Positions 1 through 10,030 of a stretch of DNA of 20,000 bases are shown in pieces. The position numbers and the translations under genes were made by a program. How positions within the stretch are numbered: the first letter of the stretch is position 1; each line of letters opens with the position of its first letter. Origin of the DNA: Albugo candida (Eukaryota); NCBI GenBank assembly GCA_040437565.1, contig JBDOQK010000035.1:356062-376061 (forward strand), written 5' to 3'. A model generated the notes under the pieces. It was not told the origin of the DNA and did no database searches. It saw only the letters and a list, made by a program, of their open reading frames with translations.

Positions 1-1665
1 GACCGTGGACATCCATTAAGATTGTCAGAAGATGTCGTGGGATAGGCAGCATACATCTTAAACAGGAGCTCCAGAAAATGTACTGGATCTGGGTGAGATC
101 GTTGTGTTCGAGTTCAAAAGCACACTGCACCGCGATGTAAGCAGATCACTTCTAGAGATCTAACGCGTTTGATGGTCTGTAAAAAGGATGACGTCGAGGT
201 ATAAACGGTTTTCATCCTCTGAAACAAAATTGTGATCTTTCCTAGCGCATTGATGAAAAGAATGTGCATTTACCAAGTTGATCTCGCCGGCGTCGAAGAT
301 GTGGCAGAAATGAAGAAATTGTCGGATAAGCAGCTAGGAGTGGCTACGGTAAATAATTACGAATTGCTGGGTCGCAGGCAAAAAGAACTTATGAAATCTT
401 AAAAAAATACGTACTAGATTAGTGAGGCACTACGACGGCCGGGCTGGTGTAAGAAAGGACAGCGGAACTCTCGGAGGGAGGAAGAATGTGGTGGATAGGG
501 TGCAATATCCAGATCCTAGGAATTATGGAGAAATCATGAAAAGTGAGATCAAGGAGGAGCCGGCAATCCCGCTGGCAGAAGAGCTTGTGATGTTCAGAAT
601 AACACAGTATGAGTGCTTCAGCAATCACCATTCAAGAGCCACAAGCTACACACCGAATGGAACTATCAAAATAAGAGATGTGCCAAAGATTTCATCGAAC
701 ATTTAAGTCAGGTTTAGTTTCTTGTGGCAACGATGAAGTATTAATAAGTTTTACGCCATGTCTTCCAAAACGTTAAAAAGACTAGTGGGGTGATAGTGCT
801 TCTGGTGTTTGCGTTGAAGTGCAACGCCTAGGCATCAAGACATCTTCAGAGCATACATACAGGAAGATAAAGAGCAGCACCTGGCCATATTTCGTTGTTC
901 CTCAAGGAATCATAATGGAGAAAGCATGCTTGAACAAATCGGTCTGGGTAAGAAAGATAAGCTGTCATTGAGGCTTCGCAAATCATTGGACGGATTCTAG
1001 CAAGCTGGCCAATTGTGGAACGAGCTTCGACACATCAGATAAATAGATTCGGTTTTGATGGTATATGTGTATTCGCTAAGAACATAAAAAACGGTGAAAA
1101 AACAATCGTTGGCGCCTACGGCGACGAATTCTTAATGACGGCGACCAAGTCTATACTGTTAACGCGAATTTTCGACGAAATGAAAGGTCTTTCCATCAAG
1201 GGCCTGAATCAAGCCAGCATTTTTTTCAGGTGCAAGTGGCACTGAAGGACGGCATATTCTTGCTTAATCAAGAAGACTATTTGAGGCATTACTGAATCAA
1301 CACGGGATGACAAAGGCGAACGGAGTAGGTTCACCAATTATAGGCGTGAAAAACGATACGGAGGATAAAACGGTATCTTTATCCATCCAATCATGTACCA
1401 AAATGAGCCTACCGAACACATCAGGTACCTACCTATTCGGCAACTCGAACTAGAAGGTAACATGTTCAGCGTCAAACACGTTGACGTGCGGGTGAAGCTA
1501 ATCTGCGATATTGCAAAAAACATACATTGAGACCGGAGTATGTTAAGTCGCGGTTAATCAAAGCATGGCTTTACCCAAGGTGCTGCTGGAGCCTAGATGG
1601 TGGAACTCAGAGAGCTGTTAAACCTGAGGGAAGTGACGATCCCTTGGCGATGAGAGCATGAAGGG
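1..1665 (+). mobile_element. Degenerate Ty1/copia pol remnant (putative integrase tail, RT, RNase H end), copy A
   Basis: Hand translation: VFALK (~805), FVVPQG (~890), LRLRKSLDGF*QAGQLWN (~968-1020; copia LKKSLYGLKQAGRLWN), VGAYGDEFL (1108-1134; YVDDLL), IKGL, IRQLE..FSVKHVDVRVKLICD (~1435-1510; RNase H KHVDVR). Many stops and frameshifts. RT C-terminus and RNase H N-terminus appear deleted near 1415. Confidence 0.85.
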
Positions 1666-1881
1666 TGTGCACCAGACGAGGCGCAGTATGGAAGGTTATC
1701 GTCATACAGCTTATGCAGAAGGAAGAAAGGCTGGGTAATTCTACCAATATATGGAGAAATCATGTAATCACCAGCGGATGGCTTGCAGGAGCTCTGCCAG
1801 CCAGGTTCAGATACAACGTAGAGTCGGTAACGGAGAACTTAATGTAGCAAAGAATTCATATTTTTCTTCAGACATCTCACA
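1666..1881 (+). repeat. Probable 3' LTR of copia copy A (right end uncertain)
   Basis: Purine-rich GAAGGG followed by TGT at 1666, just after the pol end. Candidate CA end near 1881. No partner LTR in the window. Confidence 0.35.
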
Positions 1882-2268
1882 GCATTGATTCAAGCTCAGA
1901 AGATACGAATTTCCTGCAAAGATAAACACTAATCAGACCTTATCAGGTGATAGTATTTTGATTCCGCGCATACCGTAAAAACAATAGCGCATGCAATATT
2001 TGTACATCTTGGATGGTATAAGAAAGATTGATTCATAATCAGGAGCAGCTTCAGACATGATTTATGCAGTGTATTATCAATCGAGAAAGAGCTGTTGATC
2101 TGATTTATTCTCTACACGAACGCAGAGCGCGCAATGCATTATCAGGATGGATATTCTTTGTAGGCTGAAACCGAGATTATATCAGAAGCATCATAAATGT
2201 GAGACGAAATTGTAGCATTCGGAAATTGGGGCGAATCCTTTTCGAAGATGTGATCGAGCTACTAGCTT

Positions 2269-4460
2269 TCGAAGCCGTTATGAGTCTATTGCGTCCGATC
2301 TATCACTATATATCTAATGTGTCAAAATCTTATGACGCTTGGCTGCTTAGAAAGGATTCCGATGATTATATGAGAGTTTGATTGCTTAACAATCCCAAAG
2401 AGTGCGGTCCTTGGCCTATGCTTGGTGAATCCAAGTGATCAAACCGTCTACAGATAGAGTAAACATGCTATGAATTGGGTCACTTGATAACAAGTCGACC
2501 CAGAAACATTTACTCAGACATATCCAGCGTATTGTGCTCTTCATCGTTGTAGAAGCTGTCCCTATTTCGTACCTTGCTAGGCCATATATCTTGGTACCTA
2601 AAAAGGTTTGAGAATGCGGATCTGAAATGCTCTTGCGAGCAATTTCTGAGTAACATGCCAGTTATACACTGAAAGATTGTACGGTTAGCATATACATTGA
2701 TGTGCCCGGCCAATCGGGTGTCACAATACAAGTGCTTGTGAAAAAAGATTAGCTCTTCCCTTGCAACTTATTGCCATGACGATGGGGTTCAATCGTCGAT
2801 ATGTTCATCGGATCGTATGGTAGAGTGGAAGCTTTCATAAGTTGTAGCATTACCCTGCGCATGATTAATTTAGAAATAATCGGACTCAACCTGTTAAATT
2901 ATTCTCATTCTGCAGCTAAGACGAAGCCAAATAATTTCCCTTGATATTCACGTGGGTACATTTGAATCTTGTTTATGGTTTGACTAAGCACAATCGACTC
3001 GAGAATCGATAGTCAATGTAGAATGCTTTTTCGTGTTATTCCAAGGTGTCGAGATAATACCTCAGACGTGATAACATAATGAAAAGGATAGTGAGATCAC
3101 TTCAAGACCTCCGTTATAACCATAAGAGAAACGCTTGTCGAGAGTTGCGATGCATTCTAACTTCAAGAACGAAACCTTCGGTATTTGTATGATTAAATTG
3201 GGAATGCGAGGACACGGTATGGTGCAAGTTTACGATAGAAAGGATGATTAACTCATGTTGAGATAGGCGCTGGATCCACCACCCCGATCTTGGACGAGTT
3301 CGAGTTGCGTCAAANNNNNNNNNNNNNNNNNNNNNNNNNNNNNNNNNNNNNNNNNNNNNNNNNNNNNNNNNNNNNNNNNNNNNNNNNNNNNNNNNNNNNN
3401 NNNNNNNNNNNNNNTCGAAGCCGTTATGAGTCTATTGCGTCCGATCTATCACTATATATCTAATGTGTCAAAATCTTATGACGCTTGGCTGCTTAGAAAG
3501 GATTCCGATGATTATATGAGAGTTTGATTGCTTAACAATCCCAAAGAGTGCGGTCCTTGGCCTATGCTTGGTGAATCCAAGTGATCAAACCGTCTACAGA
3601 TAGAGTAAACATGCTATGAATTGGGTCACTTGATAACAAGTCGACCCAGAAACATTTACTCAGACATATCCAGCGTATTGTGCTCTTCATCGTTGTAGAA
3701 GCTGTCCCTATTTCGTACCTTGCTAGGCCATATATCTTGGTACCTAAAAAGGTTTGAGAATGCGGATCTGAAATGCTCTTGCGAGCAATTTCTGAGTAAC
3801 ATGCCAGTTATACACTGAAAGATTGTACGGTTAGCATATACATTGATGTGCCCGGCCAATCGGGTGTCACAATACAAGTGCTTGTGAAAAAAGATTAGCT
3901 CTTCCCTTGCAACTTATTGCCATGACGATGGGGTTCAATCGTCGATATGTTCATCGGATCGTATGGTAGAGTGGAAGCTTTCATAAGTTGTAGCATTACC
4001 CTGCGCATGATTAATTTAGAAATAATCGGACTCAACCTGTTAAATTATTCTCATTCTGCAGCTAAGACGAAGCCAAATAATTTCCCTTGATATTCACGTG
4101 GGTACATTTGAATCTTGTTTATGGTTTGACTAAGCACAATCGACTCGAGAATCGATAGTCAATGTAGAATGCTTTTTCGTGTTATTCCAAGGTGTCGAGA
4201 TAATACCTCAGACGTGATAACATAATGAAAAGGATAGTGAGATCACTTCAAGACCTCCGTTATAACCATAAGAGAAACGCTTGTCGAGAGTTGCGATGCA
4301 TTCTAACTTCAAGAACGAAACCTTCGGTATTTGTATGATTAAATTGGGAATGCGAGGACACGGTATGGTGCAAGTTTACGATAGAAAGGATGATTAACTC
4401 ATGTTGAGATAGGCGCTGGATCCACCACCCCGATCTTGGACGAGTTCGAGTTGCGTCAAA
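2269..4460. repeat. Exact 1046-bp duplication (2269-3314 = 3415-4460) around 100-N gap 3315-3414; likely unmerged contig overlap
   Basis: Offset 1146. No differences seen. Copy boundaries coincide exactly with the gap edges. Confidence 0.93.
2380..2880 (-). pseudogene. Possible very decayed LINE APE endonuclease fragment (also in the artefactual copy 3526-4026)
   Basis: Minus-strand motifs in APE order: INHAQG (NxYAP-like), LAGHIN (GDFN-like), QDIW (DxWR-like), NTLDM (RLDY-like), FDH (SDH-like), then GQGP. Each motif is degenerate. Confidence 0.35.
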
Positions 4461-4614
4461 CTCCAATTCCCTCGCCGTAGCGTCAGAAATTTCTCAAAAG
4501 TAGTCCATTACTAAAAATAGATCCATGGGTCTAGATATAGTCTTTTTATGTTGAAACAGAACGGTTCTTATCGTCATGAGAAAAAGTAATGCTAGCAGAA
4601 CCACCTCTCTTAGT

Positions 4615-4824
4615 TGGAGAGGATTGACTTGTAGAAAAAAGACGTTAATTATTTTGTTTACAAGTAGCGCCAAGCGATTCTTCTCTTCTGATGCATTCTA
4701 AACCATCCATCCACCCTTTTTATCGGTACGAAGCTCACCAATTTAAAGAGCGAGTGGTCGAAAGCAGTATCTACCCCGCCGCTTCAACCCTTAATTCAAT
4801 ACTCTAATTCTTACACTCCTCCTC
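4615..4824 (-). repeat. PPT (4816-4824, GAGGAGGAG) and 3' LTR of copia copy B, starting TGT at 4815 (far end approximate)
   Basis: Minus strand reads ...GTCGAGGAGGAG|TGTAAG... just after the RNase H end MADILT. Same PPT as copy C. Confidence 0.65.
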
Positions 4825-5483
4825 GACTGCCTAGTGACTGTGGTCCCCAAGTTAGCGAATCCCGACAAACGACCATAGCCTGGATGCTGAGATCTCTTCA
4901 GTTAGGATATCCGCCATCATCATTCGTGATTCGATGTACAAAGGATTGCCGATATACGTTTGGCGAAGTCGCGAATTAACTCCACTGTTATGTCCACGTT
5001 TTTTGATTTTGTGATACTTTCCTCAGACTCCAGATGAATAGTCATCTATCATCATAGTCATCGTCTTCCATGTCACAAACTCCTATCTCTTAAACGCGAT
5101 CACGTTGTCCCAAGATCTCCTGACCGACGTGAGTCGCTGAAGTAAATACGGCATACATGGTGGAACGGGATACGCCATTCTGTACCATGCAGATCATCTC
5201 ACCGGTCATTGCAACAGCTCCAGCGGTCACCTTATTACGGTTGAAATTATCTTTCTGAATCTCAAGCAATAGCTTACCTGCATCTGTAGCGCTTAGTTGC
5301 ATGTGCAGATTCAAATCCATTGTACCCTTCGGATAGCTTGCAGGCTTGTTCGCTACTTTCGAGTCGTATATAGAGCAGGATACTGGGTCCGTTGAGTCGC
5401 CCTCTACGGCGAAACTGGTTCCGGTCACGTAGTGCGCACGAACAAAAGTAAACGCCCACCAATGGGGCCCGCCCTAGCTCAGT

Positions 5484-5935
5484 TAAGGGTGTTCGCCCGT
5501 AGTACTTTTATTTAGACACCTTTATGTTACTACAGTTTGGTGGTTATCTACTCTGTTCTAAGCACTAGTATGTAACGCTCTGAAGAGCCCGGTCCAACTC
5601 CTGTATAGATCTTTCTGGTGTAGTTGCCAGCGGTCTTGACACGTCCATATCTTCATTGAGTAGGTTGATATTTACGTGGAGGAATCTTTGCCTCCGCCGA
5701 GGGGCCCCATCNNNNNNNNNNNNNNNNNNNNNNNNNNNNNNNNNNNNNNNNNNNNNNNNNNNNNNNNNNNNNNNNNNNNNNNNNNNNNNNNNNNNNNNNN
5801 NNNNNNNNNNNATTTACGTGGAGGAATCTTTGCCTCCGCCGAGGGGCCCCATCGCAGCCCTTTTGCCACCGCCGGGATTCGAACCGGGGTACACACGGTC
5901 GGAACACATGTGTACTAACCGCTAGGCCGCCCGAC
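5484..5935 (-). mobile_element. Inner tRNA-derived SINE-like element (~310 bp after removing the gap artefact), antisense, nested at the outer element's A-box
   Basis: Minus-strand head GTCGGGCGGCCTAGCGGTTAGTAC...CCCCGGTTCGAATCCCGGCGGTGGC (5935-5865). A-box at 5919-5929, perfect B-box GGTTCGAATCC at 5875-5885. Flanked by 20-bp direct repeats GGGGCCCGCCCTAGCTCAGT (5464-5483) and GGGGTCCGCCCCAGCTCAGT (5936-5955). Confidence 0.8.
5670..5853. repeat. Exact 42-bp duplication (5670-5711 = 5812-5853) around 100-N gap 5712-5811; assembly overlap
   Basis: Identical sequence abuts both gap edges. Confidence 0.9.
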
Positions 5936-6756
5936 GGGGTCCGCCCCAGCTCAGTCGCTTAAGCACTTGAGCGCACGGACCCCCTGCCGGAGGTCGTGAG
6001 TTCGATCCCCGGCAGTGTGGGCAGCGTTTTTAGCCCACCCAAGCAATAAGCTTGGATAATATCTGCCTCCCTAGGTTTGAAGTCAGACTTAAGTGATATT
6101 CACACGGTCAGAGGCTCATGATAGGATAAGGAAGGAAGTTAAAGAACCAGATTAACAGTTTAATGAAATCCTTGACAAAGTAAACGCCCACCAAGCGACT
6201 GAAAATAGCGACCACTTGACTCCCCTATGGTACTTTGTTCTACGGAAACTTGGTATCATCCAAATCAACTTCATTTCTATCCTCGTGAATCACGTTCACT
6301 TCAGTCAACCCATGCTGATCCAGGATTTACTCAATATTCAACTGCTTATCAAGGGTGTAGCCAGCCATCTCCGTTGTAAATTCAGCGCCCATTACCCAAC
6401 ATTTCTTACTTCACCGAGGTCCTGAATTAAGGGTGTATTCCTTTGGGGTTGAAACAATTCCACTAGCTTGGTACAGATGCCATAACAGGGAGATCATCGG
6501 CGTGAGCCCGCACGACGATCATTCTACACCCGACCGATTGTAGTACAAACACATGACCATGTCACAGGGTCCTAGATATCCATGTTGTAGCTGACTCCGC
6601 AATTATCCCTTCTGCTGAAGTCCGTATAGTGACTTCTTTACCACAAGGAAATTTGTTTCCGCGTAACCGCAATTAATCTTCACATGTCTTCAGCGAGAGC
6701 CTCCATACCTTGCAGTATACGCAGGTAAATCTAGACGCTCTTTCTTGACGTCCTTT

Positions 6757-7686
6757 CGTAGGTTTTTAGGATCTTCCGGTGCCTCGACAGCACGACCCAT
6801 GTCATTGTGAGCACCGGTACCGCTTTTACATTACTGAGGTCCATAGCAGTAGCAAATTTGAGTCCATGATAGACCAGACTCGTTGCATGTGGAAATGAGC
6901 AACTCTTTGTAATCATTTACACTTTTGACTTTCGCTGCGGTAATGAAACTTGGTACCGTGAAGGTGATATTGGTACTCTCTCATCGATGGAACGTGACGC
7001 CACGTCGTGGTGACGTACCAAATCCACATGTCAGGGCTGAAATAGAAAAAGAGATTGACATATACATGAAAGTGCGAAGCGGAATGCAAGTCAGTCAAGA
7101 TATCTTAAAGCAAGATAGAGTTAACCATACGAACGAGCTTGCTCTATTGTTGAAGAAGTCACTTTTTAGCCNNNNNNNNNNNNNNNNNNNNNNNNNNNNN
7201 NNNNNNNNNNNNNNNNNNNNNNNNNNNNNNNNNNNNNNNNNNNNNNNNNNNNNNNNNNNNNNNNNNNNNNNCGTAGGTTTTTAGGATCTTCCGGTGCCTC
7301 GACAGCACGACCCATGTCATTGTGAGCACCGGTACCGCTTTTACATTACTGAGGTCCATAGCAGTAGCAAATTTGAGTCCATGATAGACCAGACTCGTTG
7401 CATGTGGAAATGAGCAACTCTTTGTAATCATTTACACTTTTGACTTTCGCTGCGGTAATGAAACTTGGTACCGTGAAGGTGATATTGGTACTCTCTCATC
7501 GATGGAACGTGACGCCACGTCGTGGTGACGTACCAAATCCACATGTCAGGGCTGAAATAGAAAAAGAGATTGACATATACATGAAAGTGCGAAGCGGAAT
7601 GCAAGTCAGTCAAGATATCTTAAAGCAAGATAGAGTTAACCATACGAACGAGCTTGCTCTATTGTTGAAGAAGTCACTTTTTAGCC
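6757..7686. repeat. Exact 415-bp duplication (6757-7171 = 7272-7686) around 100-N gap 7172-7271; assembly overlap
   Basis: Offset 515, identical, and ends coincide with the gap edges. Confidence 0.92.
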
Positions 7687-8813
7687 TGAAGCAGTCTGGA
7701 AGGCTATGGAGAAAGCAATAGCAATCGAAGCTGGTCGATCTTGATTTCATGCAGTGTACAGTACAACAGACGTGTGTCTATACATTAGATTCCGATGGGA
7801 ATGTTACAGTTGTTGGTGTGTATGTCGACGATTTGTTGGTCACCGTGACCTCAAAAAATGTCGTTGAGAATTTTTTCGACAGCATGGTGTCGCTGGAAAT
7901 AAAAGATTTGGGTGTCGTGAACAAGTTTCTGGATTTACGTGTAATGCTGGACTCTGAGGCTGGTAATGTGTTGGACCAAGAAGTGACGATCGACTTATTG
8001 TTGCAGGGCCAAGGTTTGGAATCAGCAAACAGTGTTTCGAAACCCAATTGGCGACGAATGCAACGAAGAAGAAACGCAAGGCTCAGAATTGCGGGTTGCG
8101 TCATCCGACGGCGGTCAAGAAAGCATCAAGTCCTTTCAGTCAGTCTACTATGGATTGCACGATGCACTCGCCCAGATATCTGTTTTGTAGTGCACCGCGC
8201 AAACAGGCAGACACACCAATCGACGATGAGTAACTGGTGAATGGTCAAGCGAATTCCACGGTATTTAAAGAAGACAAAATCGCTGAAGTTGTGGATCAGC
8301 AGTACAAGCCAACCATAAACGCTACCAAGATCGAAAGCTGAAGCGATGCGGACTTTGCCGCGGACAAGTCGGATATAAAGTCAGTGTTAGGACGCGTGCT
8401 GACGATGAACGGTACAGTGGTATCGTGGACGTGCAAGAAGCAGAGTGGTGTCTCGCTTAGCACCATGGAAGCGGAGTTTATTGCTGCGTCGCATGCTGGT
8501 CGTGAGGTACTAGGGCTGAGGGGATTGTTTGGAGACCTGAACATGAAAGTTATGGAACCGATGCTCCTGTGAATGAACAATGAAGTGGCGATAAAGCAAT
8601 TGGAAAGCGAGCTGAGTACCTCAAGCGCAAACATGTCGACATTTGTTCCAAGTTCTCTGTCACCACGCTCAAGATAAGGTCACGCAGTCAAGTTTTGTCA
8701 AATCTGATGATATGATAGCGGATCTGTTGAGGAAGGCACTATCAGCACCAACGATCTCGGTCATGCGTGGTAGGTTCAAGTTGAAGGCCATTCAGGATGA
8801 CGTCAAGGAGGAG
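6918..8813 (+). mobile_element. Degenerate Ty1/copia RT-RNase H, copy C; 5'-truncated
   Basis: TFAAVMKLGTVKVIL, GDVPN, LKKSLFSLKQSGRLW, VGVYVDDLL (~7810-7838), IKDLGVVNKFL, SLLWIARCTRPDICFVV, SDADFAADK (~8342), WTCKKQSGVSLSTMEAEFIAA, MIADLLRKAL. PPT AAGGAGGAG at 8805-8813. Confidence 0.95.
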
Positions 8814-9155
8814 TGTGAGAAAAGATTGATTTCTGACAGTTTGTCAAGGGTTTGCACGTCAACTGCAATACCCATCACAGGTAAAGTACGAACTCACTTG
8901 AACGGCTGCTTTTGTGACAACGTGACAGATAGGAAGAAGAGAGACGGTCACCACGTGGTACCTGACGAACGCCATGTGAACGTGACATAGTCAAGTTTGT
9001 AACGCCGTTGCACAAGCATGTTGTAGAGTTAGCATACAAGGCTAATACTAAATCCATTGCACGTATGTCCACGTGCATCGTGTAATGCCACAGAAGAGAC
9101 AATAAAGTCATCGTCTGCGCACCCAGTAGTCGACCACGGACTGTTCGTGCACGTC
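8814..9155 (+). repeat. 3' LTR of copia copy C (right end approximate)
   Basis: TGT at 8814 directly after the PPT. AATAAA at 9101-9106. Many ACGT-core motifs. LINE coding remnant begins near 9156. Confidence 0.65.
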
Positions 9156-9943
9156 AAAACCATGCATCAAACCTATCGTACAAACGCTTGTCTAAAGTGG
9201 AAATAACCATAGAATGAGTCGGTGTATGCCCGAACGGAATACTTAAATCCTTGACCGAATCCTCCTGACCCAGTATGGTTAAATGGAAGATACGTGGAGA
9301 CGGCATGGTCCGATTCAACGAGAGCAAGGATGATTTGCATAAGTTGAGTTTCACATCAGATCATCGCAATAGACTTGAACGAGTTCGGGTTGCCTCAAAG
9401 AACCGTTTGATGTTTTCGAAAGCAATGTCGAACGAGAGGCTGGAAATGCATTGTTGAAGTACTTGACACGTGGTGGATTTTATATTACGGGTGGACTTGC
9501 ACCGAAAAATATGGATTTTTTACTCAGAGCGATATATTTCTAATGCCGATTTAGACAAGGGACAGGTGACGCCGGCAAAAACTAATCCAGTTCCAATAGT
9601 CGTGCCACTAATCCAAATACTATGTACTTCATGTTGCCTAAGTAAATTTCCCAAGGGTTCAATGCTGAGAGAGGATGACCTTGTTTGACTCCACGTTGCG
9701 GTGGGTTGGATGGTATAATATTGCCATTAATGATCAACTGCGCCTTCGTGTTGCTGAACAGAAGACGAACCCAGTCGGGGAAACTATTTCCAACGCCCTT
9801 TTGTCCAAAGCGCGAAAAATGTACGTCCAATTGACTCGACCATGAGCATTCTCAAAGTCGAGAAAAGCCGCACACGCTTCTTCCCCACGATGAGTGAACA
9901 AGTATTGGATGTCGTTGAGATGTCGAATATGGTGGTGCACAGA
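9156..9943 (-). pseudogene. L1/Tx1-type LINE ORF2 RT, downstream part (3'-truncated)
   Basis: SVHHHIRHLNDIQ..AAFLDFENAHGRVNW (LDFEKAYDRV), FPDWVRLLF, INGN, RGVKQGHPLSAL (QGDPLS), VKDLSIPFG (KYLGIPFG). Confidence 0.92.
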
Positions 9944-10030
9944 TGTTATTTTGTGAAACCGCTATCCCGTATCAAGATCCGCACCCCATGACCCAGCTAC
10001 AACGTACCCGGGTCTGGCCCAGACCCAACA
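9944..10030 (-). repeat. 3' LTR (87 bp, TGTT...AACA) of the gypsy element
   Basis: Terminal inverted TGTT/AACA. PPT GAAGGAAG at 10031-10038 on the minus strand. Aligns to 14993 onward. Confidence 0.85.

Larger units (their letters stand above)
5463..6176 (+). mobile_element. Outer tRNA-derived SINE-like element (5' end 5463-5483, body 5936-6176) with 18-bp TSD
   Basis: TSD AAAGTAAACGCCCACCAA at 5445-5462 and 6177-6194 (18/18). Removing the insert restores the copia RT motif. A-box-like CAGCTCAGTCG at 5948-5958, B-box GAGTTCGATCC at 5998-6008, then a ~160-bp non-tRNA tail. Noncoding. Confidence 0.8.
4816..6916 (-). mobile_element. Degenerate Ty1/copia RT-RNase H, copy B; 5'-truncated and interrupted by the SINE-like insertion
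   Basis: Minus strand in order: YKELLISTCNE (YKARLVACGNE), FATAMDLSNVK, VKKSLYGLQQKG (~6610-6645), AHADDL (~6490-6510), IQDLGEV (~6410-6430), FQSLGGRLL|..PETSFAV across the insertion, GVSRSTMYAVFTSATHVGQEILG, KNVDITVELIRDF, MADILT. Confidence 0.88.

Noticed and set aside
2269-4460. 1046-bp tandem duplication as a biological event
   Set aside because: Copies are identical and end exactly at a 100-N gap. The same pattern occurs at 5670-5853 and 6757-7686, which indicates unmerged overlaps.
5653-5925. ORFs spanning N-gaps (also 7159-7431, 18460-18754, 19045-19395)
   Set aside because: Their length comes from reading through Ns, so they are not evidence of continuous coding.
5865-5935. Functional tRNA gene on the minus strand
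   Set aside because: Good A/B boxes, but the acceptor stem pairs poorly, there is no clean anticodon arm, and it continues into a tail bounded by direct repeats, as in a SINE head.
5936-6015. Functional tRNA gene on the plus strand
   Set aside because: Expanded D-loop region, no acceptor stem or anticodon loop, and it lies inside a TSD-bounded insertion.
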